A stretch of DNA of 64,000 nt from an uncultured Gammaproteobacteria bacterium (GTDB taxonomy: Bacteria > Patescibacteriota > Patescibacteriia > UBA9570 > CAZNEH01): the NCBI GenBank assembly GCA_964572175.1, contig CAZNEH010000001.1:9788-73787 (forward strand), given 5' to 3'. How positions within the stretch are numbered: position 1 is the first letter of the stretch; the number at the start of each line of letters is the position of its first letter. The position numbers and the translations under genes are program-made. Positions 1-9,396 of the stretch are shown piece after piece. The notes beneath the pieces are model-generated. The model did not search any database and was not told the DNA's origin. It saw nothing but the letters and a program-made list of their open reading frames with translations.

Positions 1-28
1 CGTGCAGTTGCGTAAGCAAATGCCTCGG

Positions 29-68
29 GCCGTTGTAGCTCAGTCGGTAGAGCATTCCCATGGTAAGG
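29..68 (+). pseudogene. 5' half of resident tRNA-Thr(GGT), disrupted by island (attL)
   Basis: GCCGTTGTAGCTCAGTCGGTAGAGCATTCCCATGGTAAGG gives acceptor 5' strand, D-arm and anticodon loop, then non-tRNA sequence. Confidence 0.9.
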
Positions 69-180
69 AAGTGGTCTATCCAAATAAGTAATATTTTCGC
101 TAAACTTAGATAAGAAATTGCAATTTAACAAGTGAGACCGACCACTTCTATGGTGGAAGGGGTCGTTAAAACAGTCATTT

Positions 181-256
181 GCCGTTGTAGCTCAGTTGGT
201 AGAGCACACGCATGGTAAGCGTGAGGTCTGCGGTTCAATCCCGCACAACGGCTCCA
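181..256 (+). tRNA. tRNA-Thr(GGT), island-borne, intact, CCA encoded
   Basis: Full cloverleaf: acceptor GCCGTTG/CAACGGC, anticodon stem CACGC/GCGTG with loop ATGGTAA, T-loop GGTTCAATCC. Confidence 0.95.
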
Positions 257-293
257 ACTAACCAGAGCATTCATACTTCCACATAAAACAAGT

Positions 294-1196
294 ATGAATA
301 TGAAAATTAAACAAGTCCATGAGCAATTTTGTGAATATCAAATTGCTTTTAAGGGTTTTAGCCCTAAAACTATATTAGGTTATCAGATTGCCCTGGGAAT
401 ATTTCTTAAACATTTTCCTGAGATCAATTCTTTTGAACAGATTACCGAAACAAAAGTACAAAAGTTTTTTTACTGGGGGAGAACTGAAAGAAATTGGTTG
501 CCAGCAACATTTATCACATACCACAAACGCCTTAAGGTGTTTTTTGATTACTTAGTTAAAAATAGCTTTATAGCCAAGAATCCATTTGAGAATATTGATA
601 AGCCTAGTTTGGGCAGAAGACTCCCAAAAGCTTTGACAAAACAACAAGCACAACAAATATTAGACAAAGCCTTACATGAGAGTGCAGTAAAAGAATTCAC
701 CCGTATTCGTAATCATGCAATGTATACCGTGTTTCTACATGCTGGTTTGCGTAAGGGTGAAGTTTTAAAGTTAACTATGCAAGATGTTGACCTAACTAAC
801 AATAGATTGAGCATTCGTGAAGCTAAGGGCGATAAAGACCGCTTTGTGCCAATATCAAGTAAGCTTCATTCAGTTTTAACTCGTTATGTTAATCTCAGAG
901 TAAAAGAGGGGAAATATGCAGAACAGTTTTTTGTATCTTCAAACCGAGATGTTGGGCTTACTGATAATGGCTTGAAGCATGTACAAGATACCATGGAAGC
1001 CTTGGTAGACTTTAAATTTCATCTTCACAAGCTCCGCCATACTTTTGCTACGCTAATGCTTGACGGAGGCTGTAATATCTATACATTATCCAAGATTATG
1101 GGGCATAGTGATATAAAAACGACTACGATATATCTTTCAACATCTACGGAGTTACTTCAGAGCGAGATACATAAACATCCACTTAATTTAATTTGA
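294..1196 (+). CDS. Tyrosine recombinase/integrase (XerC/D-like)
   Basis: GLRKGE, HKLRHTFAT, MGHSDIKTTTIY catalytic motifs; adjacent to att/tRNA. Confidence 0.95.
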   Translation: MNMKIKQVHEQFCEYQIAFKGFSPKTILGYQIALGIFLKHFPEINSFEQITETKVQKFFYWGRTERNWLPATFITYHKRLKVFFDYLVKNSFIAKNPFENIDKPSLGRRLPKALTKQQAQQILDKALHESAVKEFTRIRNHAMYTVFLHAGLRKGEVLKLTMQDVDLTNNRLSIREAKGDKDRFVPISSKLHSVLTRYVNLRVKEGKYAEQFFVSSNRDVGLTDNGLKHVQDTMEALVDFKFHLHKLRHTFATLMLDGGCNIYTLSKIMGHSDIKTTTIYLSTSTELLQSEIHKHPLNLI

Positions 1197-1235
1197 TATT
1201 GCCAATTTAGTTATATAAGGATATATTATCTTTAT

Positions 1236-2384
1236 ATGCAACAAGAAAAGTATGATGAAAGTGTAGTTAAAAACCAACATTATATACCAGTTGGTTTATT
1301 AAAAAATTTTATTAATTCAGATAATAAAATATTTGAAGCATTATTAAGTGTTCCTAAAATTTATCCCTCAACACCAGAGAAATCAATGTCTGCAAGATTC
1401 ATTTATGAGGATGATCATCTTGATTTAAATGCAGTAGAAAAATATTTTTCGAATATCGATTCAGAAATTGCACCTAAGGTTAAAGATGTTATAGAAGCTA
1501 TAGAAAAGTATAAAAAAAATCAGGTAGAATTTTCATATATACAAGAATTATTTGAAAAACTATTATCTATTTTTGTCGTGTTTTATTATCGTAGCGGAGC
1601 GTTACTAACTGAATTTTCAAGCATAGATTCAAAACATAAAATACCTTTATTAACAAAAAAAATTCATAATCAAAGATACATAAGTTTATTGTCGCAAACT
1701 ATAAAAGAATGTTATAAATTTGCTATTATTGAAAGTGATGAAAACTTCTTAATTAGCGATCAGTTTATTTCTACGGCTGCCTTAAAAATAAAAACTCAAT
1801 TCGCCAATATTTCTAATCGTCATATAGGAATAAAAGAAACTTTAATTTTGATACCAATATCCTCAAAGTATTATGCTGCGTATTGGCATTCTGATAGCTC
1901 ATCACTTTTATCCGAATCGGGCATAAATAAATTAGATGAATCACAAATTCATGAATTTAATGCTGTAATTATTAATAACTCTTATTTAAAATGTGTTGGT
2001 CAAAATGAAAATGATTTAAAAAAAGTTATAGATCGATACAAAATGGAGTTTCCTTCACAAGTATTTATTGGACATAGAGGTGGGGGCAGCTCAGGTTATA
2101 TTAGAAAAAAAGAAATATTTTTTTCAGAAAAAGAGAAAGAAGCATACGAATTTTTAATTCACCCCTCACAAAACATTAACGAATTTTTAAAGGCGAAATC
2201 TAATGATAAATGCCCATGTGGTAAAGAGATAAAATTTAAAAAATGTCATAGAGATATTGTTTCAAGAATAAAAATTCCTATACAAAGTTTTAAGCAGGGC
2301 GTTGATCCAACAGCATATAGAATGCCAAATGTTTCTGCTGTAGAGTTGCCAATAGATGAGTGGGGTCCTTATGCTGGAAATTAA
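1236..2384 (+). CDS. DUF4238-like protein with C-terminal SEC-C motif
   Basis: N-terminal QHYIP motif; NDKCPCG..KFKKCH SEC-C motif. Confidence 0.7.
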   Translation: MQQEKYDESVVKNQHYIPVGLLKNFINSDNKIFEALLSVPKIYPSTPEKSMSARFIYEDDHLDLNAVEKYFSNIDSEIAPKVKDVIEAIEKYKKNQVEFSYIQELFEKLLSIFVVFYYRSGALLTEFSSIDSKHKIPLLTKKIHNQRYISLLSQTIKECYKFAIIESDENFLISDQFISTAALKIKTQFANISNRHIGIKETLILIPISSKYYAAYWHSDSSSLLSESGINKLDESQIHEFNAVIINNSYLKCVGQNENDLKKVIDRYKMEFPSQVFIGHRGGGSSGYIRKKEIFFSEKEKEAYEFLIHPSQNINEFLKAKSNDKCPCGKEIKFKKCHRDIVSRIKIPIQSFKQGVDPTAYRMPNVSAVELPIDEWGPYAGN

Positions 2385-2393
2385 TATAAATAT

Positions 2394-3101
2394 ATGAATA
2401 TATTAACATTACATGAGAAACGTGAAACACTAAAGGGAACTAAAATTATTAGACTTCTAAAGCACTTAGCTGTAACTCACTATTCTTTTAGGGTTAATTA
2501 TAATGAATTATCAAAACTAATAAATATATTTGAGAAAGATGATGAAATAATATATTTAAAAAATAGAGAAAAAATAGATCGATTACTATATGAATTTTCT
2601 CGTTTATTATTAAATTATATAAGTTCAGTATCGACTTTTGTTGATCACGTTAGACGAGTTAGACATAAATTAAATAATGATAAAATTGATAGGCAGTTTA
2701 AAAAAGAATTAGATAATATATCAAAAGACGAGAATATAATTTTTTTAAAGGATTTACGTAATTACACAATACATGAAAAGTTGCCAGAAGTGGCAGCTAA
2801 TTTTACTCTTAAAAATCAAGTAAATGGTCAAAATAATAATCAGGAATTAGGCATAGTTAAGGAGGCTATACTTGAGTCGACTTATTGGACAAGAGGGTCT
2901 AAAGATTTTTTGTCAAAACAAGCAAAAATGATTCCAATAAAAAAAATATTAAATAGTCATTATCAAGTATTTAATGATTTTCAAGAAAAATTTTATAAAT
3001 TAGTTACAGAAGAATATAAAAATGAAATACAGGATTTAATCGAAGTTGAAAGACAGATGAATAAATGGATGAATAAAAAACAACCAAAAGAGGATAATTA
3101 A
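2394..3101 (+). CDS. Putative HEPN-domain protein
   Basis: All-helical composition with LKDLRNYTIHEK (RxxxxH) motif. Confidence 0.55.
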   Translation: MNILTLHEKRETLKGTKIIRLLKHLAVTHYSFRVNYNELSKLINIFEKDDEIIYLKNREKIDRLLYEFSRLLLNYISSVSTFVDHVRRVRHKLNNDKIDRQFKKELDNISKDENIIFLKDLRNYTIHEKLPEVAANFTLKNQVNGQNNNQELGIVKEAILESTYWTRGSKDFLSKQAKMIPIKKILNSHYQVFNDFQEKFYKLVTEEYKNEIQDLIEVERQMNKWMNKKQPKEDN

Positions 3102-3127
3102 TTCTATTTACCTCATTAGTTTAATTT

Positions 3128-3685
3128 TTAATTTTGAAAAGTTAAGATTAATTTGTTGAGAATAGTTATTAATTCTTCTTTTGCTGGCTCACCATTTAAG
3201 TTTGATATCTCTCCACTATAATACTTATCTTCGTATTTAAAATCAAAAGCAAGTGAAGAATGAGCATTTGTAAGCATAGTTCCATTTAGTTCGTAGTCTT
3301 CTTCGTAGCCAATTTGAACTTCAATGTTATTAATAGTTTTAGTAGATTTTTCCAATGGATAAGTTTCAGCATGTATATCAAGATTTTCATTGCTACTAGT
3401 TAACGCTACAGAGAAATCACTATTACCGGCTGGGCTATAAGTATAAATTCCCGCTTGAGAACTTTTTAAAGTAAAACCAGATAATTTATTTAAATTAACA
3501 CCTTGCTCTACTTCTTCATGGTTTACATTTGAAGTTTGCGAACTAGTTTTATTAGTATTTCCATCTTTTTCATCATCCTTAGGAGTTAACATTAAAATTA
3601 CAACTCCCAAGATAATAATTAGTAAAATAGCGATACCAATTTTTTCAGAAGCAATTAATTTTGGCTTCTTTTTTTCTTCTTTCAT
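3128..3685 (-). CDS. Single-pass membrane protein, hypothetical
   Basis: N-terminal hydrophobic helix (IGIAILLIIILGVVILML) followed by a polar domain. Confidence 0.7.
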   Translation of the reverse strand: MKEEKKKPKLIASEKIGIAILLIIILGVVILMLTPKDDEKDGNTNKTSSQTSNVNHEEVEQGVNLNKLSGFTLKSSQAGIYTYSPAGNSDFSVALTSSNENLDIHAETYPLEKSTKTINNIEVQIGYEEDYELNGTMLTNAHSSLAFDFKYEDKYYSGEISNLNGEPAKEELITILNKLILTFQN

Positions 3686-3712
3686 TTTGATTGTTCATTA
3701 ATTATTATTTTC

Positions 3713-3857
3713 TGCCAACCAAAAAAGGCGACAGGATTAGTTGGCACTACGTAATAGTTCCCAAAGGAATTCTTACGCTCCTGCCGCCATCTCTATTCGT
3801 AAGAATAAGAGATAACGACTATGAGTCGTCCTTTGGGTTTAATTACGTAGTGCCATT
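3713..3857 (-). ncRNA. Structured leader/ncRNA upstream of 3128..3685
   Basis: 13-bp stem GGCACTACGTAAT/ATTACGTAGTGCC, 9-bp CCCAAAGGA/TCCTTTGGG, internal hairpins, possible pseudoknot; TGCTATAAT at 3870-3862. Confidence 0.6.
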
Positions 3858-3991
3858 TACTATTATAGCAGAAAAGTAAGTAAAGTTAAGTATTTTATCT
3901 ATCTGGCATTATTAGAAGTAAATTTTTCAATTGAATATTATATAATTAATATAGAGGGAAAAAGCATTTTTTTACATATTTTTACACTTTT

Positions 3992-4387
3992 ATGAACGAT
4001 ATTGAGCAAAAAGCCTGTGAATTAAAATACTCGGGCATAAAATATAAGAAAATGTCTGAATTATTGGATGTTAATTACGATACTTTAGTTAGCTGGTTTA
4101 GAAAAGATGGGAAGATATATCAAGATTATCAGGAATATGCCATAGAAACGAATAGGCAAGCTAAATTAAGGGCTATTAATTTACTGACTAATAATGTCGA
4201 AAGAGCAATTGAAGTGCTAGTTAATGAAATGCATAATAGCGATTCTTCACAGGCAAAAATCAAAGCAGCGTGCGAGATACTAAATAGAGTTATTAAAAAT
4301 AATGAAACGCAGGAAAATGAAGAAACTATGACATGGGAGGATTATGTAACATTAAGGGAAAAAGAGATGGGGAATAACGGTAAGTAA
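3992..4387 (+). CDS. HTH protein resembling small terminase-like proteins of phages/satellites
   Basis: N-terminal HTH (KKMSELLDVNYDTLVSW) and C-terminal SQAKIKAACEILNR-type helix. Confidence 0.5.
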   Translation: MNDIEQKACELKYSGIKYKKMSELLDVNYDTLVSWFRKDGKIYQDYQEYAIETNRQAKLRAINLLTNNVERAIEVLVNEMHNSDSSQAKIKAACEILNRVIKNNETQENEETMTWEDYVTLREKEMGNNGK

Positions 4388-4672
4388 ATTTTTAAAGCTT
4401 AAATGCTACCATTATAGTAGAGGGGAAAACGCTAAAATATTAGCAAAAAAATACACTTATAGCGGCAGTGTTTAAACAACCGCTCCGAATACTGGTCTAA
4501 TGGAGAAAAAATAAAAGACCAACTATATAGATGAGGTAGCCCAGCAAGACTTGAGCACAGAGGCCTCTAGAATAAACAATCTGCTGTACCCCAAGGCGAC
4601 AAATAATTCTTTTTTAAGAGTTGTTAGTCTATTTGTCCGGGGGGAGTAATAATACATTATAATATATAATTT

Positions 4673-4834
4673 ATGTCTAAAAGAAAGAATCAATTTAGAA
4701 AACCTAAATTAATACAATATAGATCAGTTTGGTTAACTCAAAAGGGGTATGAATTATTAAGGTTAGCAAAAAAGGAAGAGAAAAAATCTATGATGGCAAT
4801 TGTTAATGAATTAATTAAGGAAAAATATAAATAG
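4673..4834 (+). CDS. 53-aa ribbon-helix-helix-like DNA-binding protein (not in ORF track)
   Basis: MSKRKNQFRKPKLIQYRSVWLTQKGYELLRLAKKEEKKSMMAIVNELIKEKYK; stops 3 nt before the second recombinase. Confidence 0.6.
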   Translation: MSKRKNQFRKPKLIQYRSVWLTQKGYELLRLAKKEEKKSMMAIVNELIKEKYK

Positions 4835-4837
4835 TAG

Positions 4838-5743
4838 ATGGAATTAAGAGAAGCTTTTAAACAATTTATTGTTGAAAGTCAAAATGGACGCTTTGCTTAT
4901 AATTCTGATAAAACTATTTTGAAACATAAAAATGTTTTTGAGCTTTTTGTAAAATGGATTCCGACAGAAAGAGTTCAAGATTTAAATGAAGAGCTGTTAT
5001 GGAGATATTTTAATAAAGGAGAAACTACTCGAGACTGGAAACCATCAACCGTGATAACTAATCGTACTAGTCTTTCAAGATTTTTAGATTGGTGCGTGAT
5101 TAATAAATTATTAAAAGAAAATCCTATAAAAAAAATTCCACGACCAAGATTAATTAAAAACACTCCCGACTATTATAGCGAGGAGGAAATTGACAAGATT
5201 TTGTATACTGTCAACAAATTATTTAAACGACAATTAACTAGAGCGAGAAACATGGCAATGATAGGGATTATGTTATTGGCAGGCCTTAGAAAGGGTGAAT
5301 TATTAAAACTAAAAATAACTGATGTTGATTTCAGTAATAAAGTTATAAGAATTAGAGCAGAAAATGCAAAAAATAGGAAGCCTAGGTCTCTGAATATAAG
5401 TCATAAATTAGAAGAACTACTAAAGGTTTATATTTCGTTGAGAGAGAAAAAAGGGATCAAAGCTTATAGCTTATGGGTATCATCAAATAATCATGCTCCA
5501 CTAACTGAAAATGGTTATAATCATATATTAGAAACGTTATCAGAGGGGGTTGGATTTAAGGTTAAATCTCATAAGTGTAGGCATACCTTTGCAACTTACG
5601 CATATAAAGGATGTAAAGATATTATGGCAGTAAAAGATGCCTTAGGACATGCTGATTTAAAAACCACGCTAGTTTATGCTACTCCCTTAGCTGAATCTAC
5701 TAAGTTAACTATAGAAGTTAATCCGATAAATGATTTGTTTTAA
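4838..5743 (+). CDS. Second tyrosine recombinase
   Basis: GLRKGE, HKCRHTFAT, LGHADLKTTLVY motifs. Confidence 0.95.
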   Translation: MELREAFKQFIVESQNGRFAYNSDKTILKHKNVFELFVKWIPTERVQDLNEELLWRYFNKGETTRDWKPSTVITNRTSLSRFLDWCVINKLLKENPIKKIPRPRLIKNTPDYYSEEEIDKILYTVNKLFKRQLTRARNMAMIGIMLLAGLRKGELLKLKITDVDFSNKVIRIRAENAKNRKPRSLNISHKLEELLKVYISLREKKGIKAYSLWVSSNNHAPLTENGYNHILETLSEGVGFKVKSHKCRHTFATYAYKGCKDIMAVKDALGHADLKTTLVYATPLAESTKLTIEVNPINDLF

Positions 5744-5789
5744 TTAAGTTTTTTTAGTATTATATTATTATTAACTAATAATAATATAA

Positions 5790-7055
5790 ATGAAAATATT
5801 TAATAAACACTTACATGACATTACTTATGATGAAATAATATCTTTTTGCAATGAAGGGCATATAGAAAGTTTATATTTAGATTACAAAGAAGATGTGAGT
5901 AGATCAAATTCAGTTGCTAAAACTTCAGCGGCAATGGCAAATTCTTTTGGCGGAATAATAATAATAGGTGTTGCTGATGACAATAATTATCCTAAATTAC
6001 CTGTAAAGGGTCTAGATAAATTAACAGAGGAGCAAATTACTCAAATAATTTCAGATAACACATTTCCACTAATTACACCAGAAATAAAAGTATATAAAAA
6101 AGCTAATCGATATTTAGGTATAGTTAGAGTTAAGCCATCGCAATCTACTCCAATTTTTTTTACTAAAGATAATACTATTCCTGTTAGAGTTAATAATATT
6201 ACAAAAAAATTTGAAGATAATGCAGATTTAAAACAGTTAGATTGGTTATGGAATAATAGAAAAAAATCTATAGAACTTTATGAAAATTGTTTATCATTTG
6301 CCAGGGATACTTTCGAAAAACAACGAAGTAATTTACATGGATTGGAATCTTTAATTGAAGCAAAAAAAGATCCATATTCTCCCCGCATGGTTAACTCTAA
6401 ACGCTTGTTAAGAGATCCGCATTATTTTCCAAATAGAATCGAAATATTTTCTCGACCTATTTATCCTGATATTACCCCCTTGAAAAATCCGAAAGAATTA
6501 AATGATATTTTTCCGAAAATTAATGTAAATGTAGATGAAAATTGCGGAGAGTTTCCAAGAAATATTCACAAAAGACGACGTATTTCCGGTGGTAGTATTA
6601 TTCAAGAATTAAAATCTAGAGGTTTAATTTATACCGAAATTAATCAATATGGATTATATTATCATAATGAAAAAATAATTATGCAAGATTATGATTTAAT
6701 GATTGATGAACATTATAACATTGACCATTTAACAAGCGAAGCTATAGCAGTATTAAAATGGCCAGTATTAAAAGGAGTGTTTATTTCCTTTTTAGAGTCT
6801 TTAAAACTATTTTATAAAGAAATTGAATATTATGGATATATTGAAATTGGTATAAAGCTTTTCTCTGTAAATACTATGCAATTAATTAAGGAGCAAATAG
6901 AAACTGAATTATATGATTCTCCTTTAGGCGCTTACTCAGTTGATGATTATATAAATTGGGATAGTGGAATTATCAATGTTTCAGAAATTGATAATAATTT
7001 AATAAATGATCTCGAAGAATACATTGATGATTTATTCGATTATAAAAAAAGATAA
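5790..7055 (+). CDS. Schlafen/AlbA_2 domain protein
   Basis: ESLYLDYKE...AAMANSFGGIIIIGVADD signature. Confidence 0.85.
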   Translation: MKIFNKHLHDITYDEIISFCNEGHIESLYLDYKEDVSRSNSVAKTSAAMANSFGGIIIIGVADDNNYPKLPVKGLDKLTEEQITQIISDNTFPLITPEIKVYKKANRYLGIVRVKPSQSTPIFFTKDNTIPVRVNNITKKFEDNADLKQLDWLWNNRKKSIELYENCLSFARDTFEKQRSNLHGLESLIEAKKDPYSPRMVNSKRLLRDPHYFPNRIEIFSRPIYPDITPLKNPKELNDIFPKINVNVDENCGEFPRNIHKRRRISGGSIIQELKSRGLIYTEINQYGLYYHNEKIIMQDYDLMIDEHYNIDHLTSEAIAVLKWPVLKGVFISFLESLKLFYKEIEYYGYIEIGIKLFSVNTMQLIKEQIETELYDSPLGAYSVDDYINWDSGIINVSEIDNNLINDLEEYIDDLFDYKKR

Positions 7056-7207
7056 TTATTACTTTCTTTTTATAATATTATTTGTTATTATTTAAGTATT
7101 AATTATTAAGTGGAAGTACCCAGCGGTTAATACTGTTTATACTCACTGAAACAAGTAGTTTAAATCTAACCTTAGCCGAAAAACAAGGATTTTAAAACCT
7201 CGACCTA

Positions 7208-7254
7208 CCATGGTAAGGGAAAGGTCCGCGGTTCGAATCCGCGCAACGGCTCCA
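7208..7254 (+). pseudogene. 3' half of resident tRNA-Thr(GGT) (attR)
   Basis: CCATGGTAAGGGAAAGGTCCGCGGTTCGAATCCGCGCAACGGCTCCA; GGGAA pairs with TTCCC of the 5' half at 55-59. Confidence 0.9.
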
Positions 7255-7257
7255 ATA

Positions 7258-7283
7258 AGCTACCCGAAAGGGTGGTTTTTTTT
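7258..7283 (+). terminator. Rho-independent terminator of the original tRNA
   Basis: GCTACCC-GAAA-GGGTGGT then T-run. Confidence 0.8.
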
Positions 7284-7326
7284 AACATTGACAAAAGCCA
7301 TAAAAATAGGGTATATTAATAGTACA

Positions 7327-9345
7327 ATGAAACATTTCAAAATATTATTTATCATCACTTGTTTGGCCAGTATTGCGTTTTTTAGCCAGGCAGCCTTAGC
7401 TCAGAATAGAGTTAAGAATTTTCGGGTTACAAATGAAACTTCAGAAACTATTACCCTTAAATGGAAGGCAAATCCTAGAGCTGTAAAATATAAGATTATA
7501 GTAAAAGAACAGGGAGGAGAGTTAGTTAAAAAAGTTTATACTACTAAAAATAGAAAAAAGATAAAGAATTTAAAACCAGATACAGTTTATAAATTTAAAA
7601 TTCGGGCTAAATTCAAAAGAAGATATAGTAAGCATTATAAAATTATTAGAGTTCGAACTGATTCTGCTACGCCAGCTCCGCAGGAACCAGAACCAATTCC
7701 TGAGCCAGAACCTGTTCCAACTCCCGAACCTGAGCCAGAGCCTACTCCCGAGCCTGAACCAACACCAGAGCCAGTTGATAACGACGGCGATGGTTACACT
7801 GAAGAAGAGGACTGTAATGACAATGATGCCACTGTTTATATAAATCAAACATATTACCAAGACTTAGATAGTGATGGGCTAGGTTCAGATACATCTACAT
7901 CAATATGTTCTTCTGTTACTCCAGAAGGTTATGTAACTAATAGTAATGATTCAAACGATAACGACTACGACAACGATGGCGTAGAAACTGGCATTGATTG
8001 TAATGATACCAATTCCGAATTAACCGTACATAATACTTATTATTTAGATAGCGACAACGACAGTTACGGTACTTCTGAAGGAGTTCAATTCTGTGCTAAT
8101 GAACCACCGGCTGGATATGTAACTAATAACACTGATTGTGATGATAGTGATTTAAATGTAAATACAGGCCAAGCATATTACCAAGATTTAGATGGTGATG
8201 GACTAGGTTCAGATATATTTACTTCTGTTTGCTCAAGTACTCCACCGACTGGTTATGTAACAAATAGTAATGATGTAAATGATAACGATTACGACAACGA
8301 CGGCGTAGAAACTGGCACTGATTGTAATGACACAGATGTCGATTTAGCTTACACAAATATTTATTATTTAGACACAGATAGTGATAGTTATGGCGTATCA
8401 ACTGGTACAGAATTATGTGCCACTGAAACACCAGCGGGTTATGTTACTAATGGTGATGACTTAGATGATTATGATCCTGAGATTGGTGATACTGAGCCAG
8501 AACCTGGATTGGATATACCATTTGGTTTTTGGGGCTTGAATGGATACACAGATTCTGATGGACTTGCTTATGTGCAAGATAATTTTGGGGTAAATGTTTA
8601 CCAAGTTTTATCTGATGGGCCAAATTATAATTTAAACACTTTGTTACCTAGGGTTGAAGCCGCGGGAATGAAGGTTAACTTGAATATCACTGGTAATTAT
8701 TATGACTTTAGAGATAGAGATAATAATTTTGATATAAATTTATGGAAACAGTCTTTAGATGATTATTTTAGTGATTCAGATACGGCTGTAGAGACTCAAG
8801 AGTATATTGATAACGGAACGATTGTTGGAATTATGATTTTAGATGATATTTATAATTATAGTTATTCTTATGGAGGAGTTAATCCTACTTCAGCAGAATT
8901 AGAAGAAATGGCTTGTGATTTAAAAGGATATGTTGATGTAACAACTTGGATTAGGGAAGATGTTAGTTATTTAGATCCTTATCAATTTAGCTGTTTAGAT
9001 GCCGCTGGTTTACAATATTCAGCTGTTAAAGGATCAGTGGAAGATTATATTTCAGTACAAGGGCAATTAGCAAGTGATTTAAATCTTGATGTGGTGGCTG
9101 GTTTAAATATTTGTGATGGCGGTGATGGTTCTAGCGGGCAAATTGGTTGGAGAAGTGGTAAGTATACGATGACTCCAGAAGAAATTACTACTTATGGTGA
9201 AGCGATGCTGGGAATGGACAATGTGATTATGTTTTTAATGTGGGAGTATGATGCTAATGAAGTGTGGGCAGATGGGGTAACAGTTGGAGCTGATTATTTT
9301 AATCAAGACGAGTATAAAGAAGCAATATATAATTTAGGTCAATAA
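7327..9345 (+). CDS. Secreted protein: basic FN3 domain, PE linker, MopE-like DxDGDG/DCND repeats, C-terminal glycoside-hydrolase-like domain
   Basis: Signal peptide from MKHFK (start moved from 7210, which lies in the tRNA fragment); duplicated acidic repeats. Confidence 0.75.
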   Translation: MKHFKILFIITCLASIAFFSQAALAQNRVKNFRVTNETSETITLKWKANPRAVKYKIIVKEQGGELVKKVYTTKNRKKIKNLKPDTVYKFKIRAKFKRRYSKHYKIIRVRTDSATPAPQEPEPIPEPEPVPTPEPEPEPTPEPEPTPEPVDNDGDGYTEEEDCNDNDATVYINQTYYQDLDSDGLGSDTSTSICSSVTPEGYVTNSNDSNDNDYDNDGVETGIDCNDTNSELTVHNTYYLDSDNDSYGTSEGVQFCANEPPAGYVTNNTDCDDSDLNVNTGQAYYQDLDGDGLGSDIFTSVCSSTPPTGYVTNSNDVNDNDYDNDGVETGTDCNDTDVDLAYTNIYYLDTDSDSYGVSTGTELCATETPAGYVTNGDDLDDYDPEIGDTEPEPGLDIPFGFWGLNGYTDSDGLAYVQDNFGVNVYQVLSDGPNYNLNTLLPRVEAAGMKVNLNITGNYYDFRDRDNNFDINLWKQSLDDYFSDSDTAVETQEYIDNGTIVGIMILDDIYNYSYSYGGVNPTSAELEEMACDLKGYVDVTTWIREDVSYLDPYQFSCLDAAGLQYSAVKGSVEDYISVQGQLASDLNLDVVAGLNICDGGDGSSGQIGWRSGKYTMTPEEITTYGEAMLGMDNVIMFLMWEYDANEVWADGVTVGADYFNQDEYKEAIYNLGQ

Positions 9346-9381
9346 AAAAAACTGCTTTGATAATATCAAGGCAGTTTTTTT
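9345..9381. terminator. Bidirectional terminator
   Basis: A-run/CTGCTTTGATA-TATCAAGGCAG/T-run between convergent genes. Confidence 0.75.
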
Positions 9382-9396
9382 GTACTTGGAAAAAGG

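Larger units (their letters stand above)
58..7218 (+). mobile_element. Tyrosine-recombinase genomic island integrated in tRNA-Thr(GGT)
   Basis: 11-bp direct repeat CCATGGTAAGG at 58-68 and 7208-7218; two XerC/D-like genes; very AT-rich cargo. Confidence 0.9.

Noticed and set aside
3691-3879. 62-aa ORF on + strand
   Set aside because: It lies over the structured RNA and minus-strand promoter, and has no RBS or protein-like features.
68-7208. Self-splicing intron in tRNA-Thr
   Set aside because: The insert has an 11-bp direct repeat and integrases, and no group I/II core was recognised.
7210-7326. N-terminal extension of the 711-aa ORF
   Set aside because: It overlaps the tRNA fragment, terminator and promoter; the signal peptide begins at 7327.
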